Positions 11,121 to 24,023 are shown, counted from the whole stretch's first letter. The stretch: 58,471 nucleotides of DNA, filler included, from Sphacelaria rigidula (GCA_964200075.2; 10 parts of 10 records of this genome joined end to end with filler, not necessarily neighbours in it), one strand, 5' to 3'. A program made the numbers and translations. Notes: generated from the letters alone by a model not told the origin.

Positions 11121-13364
11121 CACGCAATCATCACCGGCGAAGTTTCCGATGACACTTTTGCTATCATTACCGAGTCGCGCACAAATCATCGTCGTCTCTT
11201 CTTGATTTTTTTTTTTCCGTGCTGTAGCAGCCGCAAAGTTTTCGATACCATTTCTCACCATTCTCTCGCACATATCCGTTTTCTGTGTTTTTATCAAAAC
11301 ACTTTTCATTATGAGCCGCGGAGTTCGGGTCGTTCCTCCACGCAGGACACTTTTTATCATGAGCCGCGAAGTTTCCAATGCCAGTTTTCATCATGTCTTT
11401 CCCGAACATATTTTTTGGGTCGTTTCTCAACTTGAAAATAATTGTTTACACTGCTTTCCACGGTCCCTACTGTTAGTTGTTCGTCGATTGTGTACATTAC
11501 ATGTTCTGTTGTGAGGAAGGCGTATCGCTAGAGTAGTCAGAGACCTATGGGGGAAGACTGCCGTCCTAATGCCGAAGGAACTCCGAGGATGGCGATGATT
11601 CCCTCTTGTATATGTANNNNNNNNNNNNNNNNNNNNNNNNNNNNNNNNNNNNNNNNNNNNTTAATTAATTAANNNNNNNNNNNNNNNNNNNNNNNNNNNN
11701 NNNNNNNNNNNNNNNNAAGAGCTGGGGAGTCCCTCAACAGCATTTAGACGCTGCAGTCCTAGCAGATCTGCTAGCGTCACAGGGCATACAGACGGTATTG
11801 CCCAAAAGTGGAATTCGCTTCGTTTAATTTGCTCGGGGGAGGAAAGTGGCTGTACTCCGGTACATACACTGGCTGTGGTGCGCCCGACTGGTGCACCAAG
11901 TTTCACGTGGGTGCCTGCAGCAGCGGTCGAAAACTTCATAATCAAAAATGAAGTGCAGAAGTCGAAAATGGCACGGGTCAACCGTCGAAAGATACACCAG
12001 CTGCAGTCACACCGCATAATCCTCGTACGAAACCATACTGGCGCAACCGCTGCGCCCCTACGGCAGCACAGGAGAGATGGGGACAAGGGAACAACCGTAC
12101 CTGCCAGCACTGTGGATTTGGCTTCGCCACATCGCCCCGCCAACCGATATGCCATCAATCATGTCGGCATTGACAGGGCATACGCATCTAGTGTTGTGTT
12201 CCTAATGCACGCCATATTGAGCTGCAGGCGACAGAACACTGTACACGATGGCACTGCCGAGCATGGTACAGAAAGTAGCTTTGTCCAGTAGTAGTCACAC
12301 ATCAGAAAAAGAGGTGCAGCACATCACACATTTTTCATACTGTATTTTATGCGAAGCTTTCAGTGTTGAAGGCGGCGCAATTGGCTGTGCAAGCCATGCA
12401 TGCACAAAAGTGTGTCGTGTCACTTGCTCGTTCAAGCAAATGACCTAATTCCTTTTTTTGTGGATTGAATACATCGTGCACCAGCCGGAACGCATCCTTT
12501 TGGCCTGGTGCCCTAAGCGTGGTCGCCACCTATCGACCTTGCATTGTGCACGAGATGCACTGCAATGAAGAGCATCACAATTCAGAGCACCCCACGCGGG
12601 AAATCATCACTATTTCAGCCAGAAATCTACACCCACGATCCCGCCTTGAGCAAAGCTTGCAAGCGATGCCACGTGCTGAGACGATGCTCCCTTGTGTCGG
12701 ACCCGCTGCTCGTGTGAACTTTGTCTACTTCACGGCTGATATCAGCCGAATGCTTGTCAAATGGTTATTCTATGCGGGCATGCCGGTATTGGGTTGCTTT
12801 ATTTTATATTGGCGCAGCACTGCGTATCCAATGTGTGGGATCTCTACTCTGAGCGAAAGCTGTTGAGAGTTATTCACCCGTTAGCCCATGTATACATGGA
12901 CTGGGGAGCAAAAGAATGAATATCTTTCAACATATTTTTCTGCGTGTCGGATCCCATGCGCTGGTAACGGTGCAGTATGCGGGATATGCCCAGCTAACGC
13001 TACTCGCAATGAATATCTTTCCCCCCAATCTCCGGATGAGTTGGAGGGCAAAGTGAAGATTAATTTTGAGCTTCTTCTGATGTTCAAATTACAAATCTGC
13101 CAGTATGCATGGGATTTGCGCAGCAGAAGAAGCTGTTCGAAATAGATCCTCTTTTTTGCCGAAATAAATTGGGCGAAAAAATCTGTTCTGAATAGCTTGT
13201 CCTGCTGTCCAAAATAAATTCCTTTTTGCCCGATTCAAATCGGGTGAAGAGGAATTTACCTCGGACAGGAGGACAAGCTATTGGAAATATAAAACATCAC
13301 AGGTTTTGTACCAAAAAATTTGGAATTAAAGAAGAAAAAAACGTCAGGATTTTTACCAAAACAC

Positions 13365-13661
13365 TACACGGGTGGCCACTGGGGTCTGTAACCTGGCCAT
13401 TTTGGGACCTCATCCACCTTTGGTAAGGTCCGCGGATTGGGTAGACAACTGAAGAGCATCCGCACAGCATGGACAGGTTCGAAACAAAACATGTTCCAGT
13501 CTACAGGGGAGTCACCCGCCTATAGACTGGAACATGTTTTGTTTCGATCCTGTCCATGCTGTGCGGATGCTCTTCAGTTGTCTACCCAATCCGCGGACCT
13601 TACCAGAGGTGGATAAGGTCCCAGAATGGCCAGGTTACAGACCCCAGTGGTCACCCGTGTA
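13365..13661. repeat. Long inverted repeat / hairpin, 139-bp arms and 19-nt loop
   Basis: Arms 13365-13503 and 13523-13661 are reverse complements with 5 differences counted by eye. Confidence 0.97.
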
Positions 13662-16487
13662 CCACATGACTGTGCAGGGCTTTGCCGACAAGCCTACACA
13701 GGACTGTAAACCCAACTCTGGGGAAAACCCTATCAAAACGCTACGACGGGTACAGATTTGTATTTTCACCGTCAGTTTTTTTTCACAAAGATTGTGGAGG
13801 ACACTGTATAGACCCTGCACAGTGCGCCCCCCAGGGTGCTATCTGTCCACGGGTGCACCTAGCTGCTTGAGGCAAAAGCGTGATATATTTCCCAGGATCA
13901 AGTACTCTCTTCGTGTGGTAACTAGTTGATGTATATGCAAGGCGCGGGCGTTTCCGGTATCATGCGTGCTAACGTTTTCAATGTCTCGTCCTCATGGGAA
14001 GTGTCTTTCCTATTGACGAGTATCCATTGTCGGATTATACTGAAGAGTGAGGTGTGCGATCATTAATGCTCACTCTGCGCTGTTCAGAGAAAAGGCCTTG
14101 ACGGGCTGCTTGTACATTAATTTCGACGATGAAGCTTAACATAGGCAGAACTGCTATATAATGGCAATTTCTCCTCCGCATGGTGACAATAATGGGGATA
14201 TGAATGCTCGTCCCGATGGAATGTCTACAATTATTCTTTTTTCGAATCTTCCGTGACGGTTTCATACACTCAATTGGTCATGGTAGTGCCTTTGCATTTA
14301 GTGCCTTTGCATCTGTCTTGGTGAGTACCCGTGCACCTTAATGTGCCCGAATCCTTCAACGTTTAGGATTGTTTACACTTTTGTGGTGCGGCAAAAGGTG
14401 CGTGTGCAGTATTTTCGTCCCTTATGATGGTCTACAAGTGCTTCACCCATGAGAGACGTATGCTATGTGATAAGGGCTGCAATTGCTAAGTTGTTTCTTG
14501 TATGACCAGCGGGTACGTATATCTTAGGCGAATATTTGAGCGGCATCTGGATCAACCACCAGCGCAGCTGTAATGTTTCGAAAACAAGTACGTCGCAGAT
14601 CGCTATCTTGTTTGACTATATATGGATTTATGAGAGTCGAAATTTATGATGTCTGCGTAATTGACAGCTTGAACTAGGATCGTTACATGAGTTATGACTT
14701 GAGTAAATACACGCCCGGGCTCGAGTGAGAGGTCTTTCGCACGAGCCCCCGAATCCCAACGCTGGCACTCGGTCGCCGGTCTAGGAATTACCTGCAAGCA
14801 CATTAGAGGATTAATTCAACACTTCTTCCCGCGTCTTCAACTGTTCCCTTCTCCGGTGTCTGAGCCTCTAAGAACGAGACTATCAAGTACGTTCCGGGTG
14901 TACAATGTTGCATTTCTTCGTTGACTACGAGGCTCTTTCCTACCGTCGTGCACGTTGTTAGATAACACCAACCCTTTGCATATACATCAACTAGCTAGCA
15001 CACAAAGAGAGTGTTTGATCCTGGGGACGATAGCACGCTGTTACCTTGAGCAGCTAGGGTGACAATCTTTCTTCACTCAACACCTTTGAACCGTTCAAAG
15101 ATACATTTTTGACTGGTAGCAGTTGCAATACAATATTATAAAAGATTGACCTCGGTTCGTCTCCATGGAAAAATCTCCTTCCCAACTTTCAGGATCGCGT
15201 GTTGCATCCTGGTAGAGGTCTCTTGTCATGAGCTCTTCTGTTGCTCGCTGTGATGTCGCCCGTCGTGATCACCCTAAAGTGGTACATGAGCATATATACG
15301 AAGTATATGATATATATATATATGTGTGTCTGTGTGTGTGCGAACTCGATCAAACGGACGGCTTTGCGGTCAAACGGCGACGTCTTTGACCGCCAGGGTG
15401 GATCATTCGAGTCTTGACTTCAATGCTTCCAATTGAAAGCTAAACCAACTCAATGAATTACCCACCGTGGCAATCAAAGGGTCAAGCGAAGCTTCTATCC
15501 CATAATGAAATGCATACTACTAACGGTCAAGGAAGCAATGAGGGGAGGGGAGGGGGGGGGGGGTTGTACTCAAATGATATTGCATTCCGTAGGCGTAAGA
15601 CCATTAACCTCACATCCCTACAAAGCCGGGGCGGACCACGGCGGGCTTTCGCGGGACCAGGCTCGAAGTCACCAAGCCCATGGTCACAGAGTGCAAGGAG
15701 CATACCACCAATATTGATGCGTTCGGCGGGCAACATGTAGGGAGAACCGCACCCTGCCGAGATTGCTCGGCCCGAAGTGTACTGATCATCCTGCGCATGG
15801 ATGACAGTCGCGGATACGTTGCTCTATTTTCTGGTATCGCTATTCCCAGATACTGCAATGGGGGACAACGCCTCATGAGTGTCTCATCATTTGAACACCA
15901 CCTAGTACGACCCTCCCCTTTGCGCGGAGCCGAAGGTCTCCACACAATATGACTTTACTCGGGCATCATGGTTACCGCGAAAATACGCAAGCGAGAAGGA
16001 CGACGGCAACCAGAGTGAAACGGGATGGGTCTAAGGTCAAGTCATGACATGTTGTACCTTCAGAGAACACTATCACTATCTCAGTATTCGCGCCCACATA
16101 TTTCGAACGACAAAAACACCCAGAAACTACGGACTGAGGTGCCTCGAATCTGTTCGGGGCGAGTTGCGAGGGTGCATTACCACGTGCTTTCATTTGAGTG
16201 CGTGTTCTGGCAGTCGTGGAAGAAGTATACTGAATCGAGGTGATATCAACAGGTGAGTCAATAGGTAAACTTTTGGATGATGCATGTTTGTCAACCCTTT
16301 GGCCGTTAGGGGGGCACGATTTGGCAGGATCGTGCAGTTTCCACTTGGAATGTGGGCATCCATGTGGGATACAGACATCCGTTCGGGATATTATGGATGT
16401 TCATGTTCTGGCAACCAGTTTGACTCCGTTTTTCTATTCTCGTGTTTTCCTATCTTCATCCGTAGCAAGCGTTTCCGTTGTTTACCT

Positions 16488-16573
16488 CGGATACGTTTAT
16501 GTTGTGGAAAATGACTACGGCTGGGTCCTTGTGGAATCAGGTAATGTAGTGCGAGAATCGGTTAATGAATCAA
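16488..16573 (+). mobile_element. Short retroposon (SINE/LINE) 3' tail family
   Basis: Motif TACGTxTAT...ACGGCTGG...TCAG...GTGCGA, usually with a (CAAT)n tail. Other copies at ~26261-26339, 27865-27930, 43214-43302, 43607-43884 (+) and 47283-47348 (-). Confidence 0.75.
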
Positions 16574-16929
16574 TATGGGATATGATCATCTATATGGGCT
16601 ATCAACACCCGAGATAGATATCCTAAACGGTCATCCCAGATGAACATGCAAGATGGACATTCCAGATGGATACACATATCCCAGATGAACATGCAAGATG
16701 GATGCGATGCCCCAGGTGGATATTACAGATGGATATGGAATCCTATGCGGAAGTAACACGATCATGTAAGGCTCTCAAGAGTGGGCGACATATTAGATCG
16801 GCAATATCCTGAAAACTCGACGAAAGACCCGAATGACCCATTTAGGCGGTCAAAAGCTGAAACATAGTCGAATACACAGCACGCACACGGCGGAATGACG
16901 GTAGGCAGGAAGTTGAGGGTACAAGGGTA

Positions 16930-17025
16930 TATGTAACAGTGTTTTCGTGAGATTGAGAGTAGAGGATATGATTGAGAGTGAAAAGCCGTCAAATAGTGAA
17001 TGAATCGTTTCAGTTCCGAAATGTC
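16930..17025. repeat. Interspersed repeat shared with 58320-58410
   Basis: TAACAGTGTTTTC.TGAGATTGAG.GTAGA...GTGAATGAATCGTTTCAGTTCCGA is present in contigs 3 and 10. Confidence 0.85.
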
Positions 17026-17579
17026 CCTCAATGAGGCCCGCTGTACTGGCGCTGCACCCGATATGCTGCACCCGACGGTTCAGTCGTAGTCTGAAATTGT
17101 ATGGATTGGTAGGTTTTCAAACCGTGTACACTCGGTCCTGTTCCACTTTATACTCCGATATGTTCCATCACTAAACCTTCGTGTCCATGAAGGTTCACCA
17201 ACATGGGCGACGCCGTCCTTGGTGTTGGACTCGAGAGGACGCAACTGCTGGAGATCGCCCTCCAAGGCGGGCGCCCTATCGAGCTCTTTCTCTCAGATGC
17301 CAGTCTCTCCGACGAGGTGCATGATCGCGAAGAGAAGACGTTCCAAAAAGCATTCTCCTCTGGGCTCTTTAAGGTACAGAGAGCCACACCACGGCTTGGC
17401 GGTATACGTGCGAACATAAAAGTCGTGTTCCCCGATTGCCGTAGCGGCGGGTCTTCATGTAGGTGTCACAGGTNNNNNNNNNNNNNNNNNNNNNNNNNNN
17501 NNNNNNNNNNNNNNNNNTTAATTAATTAANNNNNNNNNNNNNNNNNNNNNNNNNNNNNNNNNNNNNNNNNNNNGTCCAA

Positions 17580-18190
17580 AATACCCCCCCCCCCTATCGT
17601 AGGATAACTCTTTCCCATATCGTACCCGACAAGTTCTGCAATTTCTTCAAGACTTTCAAACCAGTACCCGACAGTTTTGTAATTTCTGTAAGACTTTCAT
17701 ACCGGTACCCGATAATATTGTGTTCCCCTTCTACCAAAAAAATATAAACCCAACCCCAACCCCAACCCCAACCCAAACGTTATTTCTCTCTTTTTGAAAA
17801 AAAAATAGTCATGCAGCACCTGATGTTTGGGTTCAGGCTGCACGAAGCGCCTCATATGAGCGACATTGGCGAGAACGAACCCAAGCGTGGGAATTCCCAG
17901 CTGCTCGCTGTACTCGTCGTTTTCCATTTCGATTTACGTGAATACTTTGCCTCCCCAAACCAGGCACCTTTTGTTTTGGGGGGGGGGCTATCGTAGAAAG
18001 TCTCATTCTTTCCCTTTTATATATTATTTATAATAATTTTCATTCTACCAAAAAATTGAAACCCAACCGAAGTCCAACCCCAACATTCTTTCCCCTTTTA
18101 TATTATTTATTGAAACTTTCTGTGAGTTCTGTAGAGAAATTCATACTCTACAGAACATACCCGTACCGTACAGAACATATCCTTGGGTTT
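17580..18190. repeat. Non-coding repetitive element with subrepeats
   Basis: GTACCCGACAxxTTxTGxAATTTCT subrepeats, (CCCAAC)n run, CCCCCCCCTATCGTAG / GGGGGGCTATCGTAG motifs and a duplicated TTCTACCAAAAAA block. Confidence 0.6.
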
Positions 18191-18547
18191 TACGACAACA
18201 ACGTATGTAGTTTCATGCGCACCGCAGCCACAAACCTGGATACAAAAATCAATAACTCGAAATATCAGTTCGCACACGGGGGCATGTTCTATCCAGCAGT
18301 CCGAAATGGAGCTGTTCATTCCAGGCATCGCTTGTCGGAAAGAAAATGCCCTTTACAGCGCCACGCGTGATTTCTCCTAGTCATCAGGCCTTTAACTTTG
18401 AAATAAGTGCTTGCAAGCGTTTCCAGCGTGTGCCATGCCCTCCAAGATACGACCATCTAAGCGATTACTTGTTAGTATAAAAAATCTCCCACGCACACAC
18501 GTCCATGTTTGCTACCCAGCCAGCCTTGCCCTCCTACTTTCACCAAT

Positions 18548-20453
18548 TCATTGTCGCGCCCTCCTCCCTGCTCTTCTTCCAGCGTGTTTTCTATATCGCG
18601 TTTGAAACTCGTATGAGAACCTCCGTGTACCACCACTCAGACGACGACAAGACACCTGGTTAACGTACTTTTGCGGTGTCGGCATGCAGCACCAAGTGCC
18701 CATCAACTTCTCGATTCCTCGCCACCTACTCACGTCATCACCCAACAACTCCGTCATGCGCTGCGTGAACCCAGGCTCCAACACAATGAACGAGGTCATA
18801 GACTAGAATAGTCGCTGCATGCCAATATGCTATGTCCCGGACTTCGAGCGTCCAACCCCACAACAGCGTCCCCACCATAATGTCCCACATAATGCCTGTC
18901 ATTCCATACGCAAAAACACCTACGACAAGACCGTAGGTGTCGGGGTCAAGAAGGTCCAGCAAACTCTCAATAACGAAGAACTGAAGTGCGGACAATCCTT
19001 CACAAGAGCACCACCCTACTAGCATAGACCACGGGGGAGGTGGCAGAGCCGGGTCTGGATCAACGATGATAAAACTAGGCGAATGTATCCTCATTATTTT
19101 CCATGCATACGTAGCCAAGGCATGTCTTGAATCGAAAGCATCCGCCAACGTAATCAAGGGCTCATATACCTTGTAGTACTTCTTTTCGAACTCCGAAGAT
19201 ATAGTACCTTCGCACGTGCGTATCACAGCAAGTATAAGGTTGAGGATGAGCGCTACCAAGACCCAACCAATTCCTGACCAAAACAGCCAACGACGCCGTC
19301 GGCGATCGACCGAGCGGAATCTTGACAACCCTGTGGTGCATGCCCATTTCAGCTTACGACAATAGTCACATCCAGCCAAGGCCGCGATTCCTCCGACGAG
19401 AAGCATGATGACTCCTAGTGACGCGCTCGAATACATCGGCAGTGCTGAAGGTCCCTAGTAACACCATGCTTGGTATGAAACCCAGACTGCCGCGACCAAC
19501 GAGAAACATAACCAGCTCCGAGAAGAAGGGTGAAGCATTCGAACGACGAGGGAAACATCCGGCTTCGAAACGGCTCTCACTATCATCAGGACCAACGCTG
19601 TCACCACAACTGGGTGGACGAACAAGATGATCCACCAGGAGTAGATCCTACAAGCCCCTGTTTCTCACACCCATTCACAGCGGTAGCCCTTGTTCACGGT
19701 TTCGGTGTTTCCTGTTAGTTTTATAACGAGCAAAGCGAGCCCGCAACTTAAGCCGATTGCCTCCAGCACCCAGAAAAACCGCCATTCCTCACCGATGTTT
19801 TTGAGCACCAGCATGAGCTTTTCATCCTGTACCGCAGTCGAAAACCATGTTAAAAACTTCGCGTTTAGAGTTCAGCATAAGCTATGCCCTCATGAGTTTT
19901 GTTGGGTTCTCACGCACGTGCATGTGGAAAGTACTAACCGTTGCGGTGGCGAATAGAAGCTATGGACAACGCTCCGGAGCACGGTTAATGAATGCAAGCG
20001 ATGCAATTCCGTTTCCAGTTTCGTGGTCAATCTGTGGAGACCGTTACGATTGTTTTTTCATGCACTCGGCACCGAGATAATATTGAAAAGAGCTCACCAC
20101 ATCGGCGATGAAGAGAATCGCGGCGGCCCCGATAACCAAGTCCACATCTTCGAACGAGGAGTAGAACAACCCCGCGTGGAAGCCCCGACCAGCGTGCCGA
20201 ACATTATCAAGAGACACACCCCGAAGGTCCTCCGAGAGATCAACCAGATGAAGTCATGCGAGCCGCGTCCTTCCAAGAAGAGAGCGAAGCCGCCCCACAG
20301 GTCTGCCGCAGCTTTTGACAGTATCAGGTACATGGCAACCGCTAAGGCTAGAATTGAATAGTGGGCGGGGTCTTGCGAATCGGATGATTGATCGTCTGCC
20401 GGGGGATGATTTCCTGATACAACCCAGAGCTCAGTGTAGCACAGGAACTGCAT
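18548..20453 (-). pseudogene. Intronless decayed gene for an unknown multi-pass membrane protein
   Basis: One frame runs from ~19870 to 18738 (~375 codons) with two internal stops (~19455, ~19665) and many hydrophobic segments (WIILFVHPVVVTALVLMIV, GVIMLLVGGIAALAG, WLFWSGIGWVLVALILNLILAVI). Hydrophobic ORF 20094-20453 upstream and ORF 18548-18799 downstream may be further broken pieces. Confidence 0.5.
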
Positions 20454-20791
20454 CTGCCAGAAGGCACAAATCGTGCGTTACGAGGGGCGAGACGAAGGCA
20501 GGGGGCCGTTGGCGGGTGAGCGAGCCTGTGAGCAATACAACGCGGTATTTATGATGCCAGATTGTTAGGGTTCGCGTTTGGTGGGAGCCGCTGCCCATCC
20601 CTGCTACGGACGACCAAGCATAGCACGCAGGTACGGAGCAAAGCCACGGTACAAATTAAGTTGGAACCAAACCCATGCCATTAAACACCCGAATAATGGA
20701 ACAGCTGGAGAGGTTATCCAAAAACTATACCATTATACTCCTCGGAAGGGGTGTTTCGTGAGAAAAGAAAAGCCGAAATACGCGTTTTCTA

Positions 20792-20929
20792 CATACGCTG
20801 GACAACAGAATACACGGTAAAAAAATGTACTGCGTACAGTATGGAATCTATTGTCTATTGCAATTGACAATAGATCCCGTACTGTACGCAGTACATTTTT
20901 TTACCGTGTATTCTATTGTCCAGGGTATG
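20792..20929. mobile_element. 138-bp near-perfect palindromic MITE-like element
   Basis: CATACGCTGGACAACAGAATACACGG...CCGTGTATTCTATTGTCCAGGGTATG with essentially no spacer. A related foldback with CCCTGGACA ends lies at 51427-51618. Confidence 0.8.
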
Positions 20930-21148
20930 GTTTGCTACCGTGTAAAATCGTGCAAAACAGACCAACTAGGTTCAAGAAACCCTGCTCTCACCATGAGGAT
21001 AACCCAGCCTGCGCAACATTCAGGGCGTGAGACATTAGATTCGCCTTCACCCTGGCCACGCTCTCCGCATGTCCAGAGATACACGGAACCCGGTAGAAAC
21101 CGATTTCGCCTAAAATCGGGTCCAGGCCAGGGCATGGCCTAATGGATG

Positions 21149-21627
21149 CGGCGGACAAATTGAAACTGCGATTCCGGATGGGGGACCTGGACCTGCCAGA
21201 AAGAAGAAAGAGTATTCCAGTAGTCGAGAGGAGGGGGAAGTAGATGCGCAGAACTGCCCCTGTGGCAAAGCAATAGAGAGCATAAGTTATATAGTTGCAG
21301 AATATGAGCTATACAAGGAGGAGCGGGACGTGCTAGAGGGGGAAATGCGGGACGAGAATGAAGGTGGCATGAAATCGTTTGATGCATTAGACAGTAGCGA
21401 AAAAGCGATGGCTATGCTAGGAAATAGATGGTGGCCAGAGACGACGAAACAGGACGGGGATGATATATGTAAAAGGTTTTGTATAATGTATGGAAGAAAC
21501 GTAATGGGCGCCGGAATGTAGGAGGTGTCTCTATTAGGAGTAGGAACGGTGCTTCGTCTCGAAAGGTATGCGTCGATTATGTTCAAACGACTAAGGCAAA
21601 CAACAAGTAAGTACGCCCCCCCCCCTC
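21149..21627 (+). mobile_element. LINE 3' fragment (Cys/His-containing ORF2 tail, ending AGTACG + poly-C)
   Basis: LKLRFR.GDLDLPERR...CPCGKAIES...ELYKEERDVLEGEMR...LGNRWWP. Homologous pieces at ~28200-28602 (+), ~51830-52040 (-) and 23285-23330 (-). Confidence 0.75.
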
Positions 21628-23503
21628 CTTCTCCTTCAAAATTTCAAATTTTTGATAATGGGGCCTACGTGTCCAGTAAAATGTTTTAGACGGACCCTTG
21701 CGCTAGCTCTTAAGTTTAACCCTTTCATCAACGGACAGGGAGGGTCGTCTGGATCTTGCATTCACGTTTCAAGTAACACATACGCCGGTGCAACAGATGA
21801 CTCACCCTGGGGATGACACGTGTTCTTCCGAAGTGCGCATGGATGCTGTAGAGACGGCACGGTGCAAACAGTGTTGACGATATACTCTACACAACTAGCG
21901 AACAGAAGAGCACAATACAGTCGCTATGACGTTGTCTGTCCCGATACTCGCCACGCTCTCTACCGTGGGTTCTCTGTGCCACTGTGTACATAAGGCGGAA
22001 GCTCTTTTATTTCTCGACGCGCACTATACATGGATGGGAAGTAAGCAAGCAAAATTTTTTGAGGTTTGATGTTTGAAGCAATCAACACAAAATTCTCTTT
22101 ATTTTCGAGCTGGCGTTTGGCGGTCACGCAGACAAAAGGAAGTAGGCAACGCACAAAGTAATGAAATATGAGAAAGAGAGGGTTCAACATCATGTTTCTG
22201 TACCACTGTACGAGCTGGGCCGTCCATCAGTGATTTTCAAACGAAGAGTGGAGATGCGTTTGACAAATCGAAGAGTTAGGCGCTGAAATTTTGACACAAC
22301 ATTTTCATCATCAATCCGCGCAACACTCCAAGTGGTGCAGAAGAAAAAGAAAAAAACGAGAAGTTAGAGCGAGTTGAAGTTTCAGCAAAAACAGGAAAAA
22401 CGCTATAACTTCCTCGAAAAATGTTTATAACGATGACAGCGCTCGGGTACATACGAGCACTCGCATCGCCCACATCGTTGTCAAGTTTCAGCTTAAAAAC
22501 GTAAAATTGGGGTTCGCGTCGCACTTTTTGTGTGACCCCGGTGGCCAAACTGATACAACAGCCTCAGAACACACAGTTCATGAGTTCGAATCCCGGCATG
22601 ACCACTCCTGTTTTTGTTTTAACGGGCATGACCACATGCATGATGCCATACCCGTATAATCAGTTGCGGTACCCGTGTCCTACGATACAGCCGTGCACGC
22701 GCTGTAGGAGCTGCACGGCGCTTTTGCTTCGACCAGTTCTCATGTCAAGCACGACCAACAACCTCTTATCGCAGAGTGTGGCCATGTCTTTTGTAGGAGC
22801 AGGAAACGGGGCGGAGACAGGTGCGATTTCGCTCGGCAAACATGTCTTCTGTTATTTCGGGAGAACACTAGAAACTTCAGGACGGAAGCTGACGTGACGT
22901 GGCTTTGTTTTTTTTTAGCGGACACGGGTCGTTCAGGGCACTCCACGGGGTACTACTACATCGCAGGATGGGGCAATATACCAAACCAGACATGCCGCTT
23001 CTTACATCGAGGGGGGGGGGGGCGCGGGGGGTGGGGGGGGTCGCAGTCGGGGGCATGGAGGGAGTGCAAGTCGATCAGACAGTTTTATCGGTGTAGGTGG
23101 TGGCAGCGGCGGTCGCGATAGAAACGGCTGCGGAGGGGCAGGCGGTGGCGTAGAGTCATGCTCATGCGCAAGGTGCGGGGTGCTGAACCGAGCATTGCTC
23201 CACCCTACCAAGTGCTGTGTGTGTAACTGTCCCAGAGTGCCCGAAGAAGGGCATGGCCGTGGGGCTGTGGAGGGTGGAGGGTGGGGTGGGGGGCGTACTC
23301 ATTTGTTGCTTGCCTTAGTCGTGTGACCATNNNNNNNNNNNNNNNNNNNNNNNNNNNNNNNNNNNNNNNNNNNNTTAATTAATTAANNNNNNNNNNNNNN
23401 NNNNNNNNNNNNNNNNNNNNNNNNNNNNNNCGTCGGAGACTTCTCGCTCGCCCCCCTCATCGTGATTCTTGTGGTTTTTTGTCCTTCGTCTTTTTCTCTT
23501 TGT

Positions 23504-23541
<38 letters not shown>

Positions 23542-23810
23542 CTACTGGTTCCGTCCTGTTCGTTGCTATCACGTCGTCCTCGCTGCTTTCATGCTATGTG
23601 GCACCTGCGCTTACCCCTCGTCCCCACAATGAGGCTCCTCGAGGACATTTGAGAGGCACCATGCGTGAGAAGCCAACCCGATGATCACTTTTACTATCGT
23701 GTTCGTATTCCCACTTACGTTACAAATCCGGAACCCATGTCATACAATGGACGTGTGGTCACCCTTTCTTTACTGCCCCCTCCCCCCTCGCATCCGCACA
23801 AATCCCACAG

Positions 23811-24023
23811 ACCCTTCCGGTGAAACAGTTCAAGCTGAATATCGCGAAGAAGGAAGTGGACTTCATCGAGACGTCCTTCAAGCCCTATGGTCTGTCGTGC
23901 ATGTCTAACCCGGCATTCCTCAACAACGTGATCGAATTCGGCAAACTAGGGAAAGACAAGATTAACGAGGAAACCATCGAGTTTTTGGTCCCGTATCTCG
24001 ATATTGAAGGCTTCAATCCTCAG
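23811..24023 (+). CDS. Axonemal dynein heavy chain, outer-arm gamma / DNAH5-8 type, exon 1 of 6 in this contig (stalk microtubule-binding domain)
   Basis: cccacag|ACC...CAG|gtaaca, 213 bp, phase 0. KDKINEETIEFLVPYL motif. Confidence 0.9.

Noticed and set aside
10389..11205. Long Cys/Phe-rich ORFs
   Set aside because: Translations of the tandem repeat in rotating frames.
17080..17473. Coding-like frame (LDRAPA...) suggesting a pogo/DDE fragment
   Set aside because: Stop-interrupted, truncated by the contig end, motif too weak.
23504..23541. 38-nt poly-G tract as a G-quadruplex element
   Set aside because: Homopolymer near a contig end with unreliable length; G/C runs are common throughout the window.
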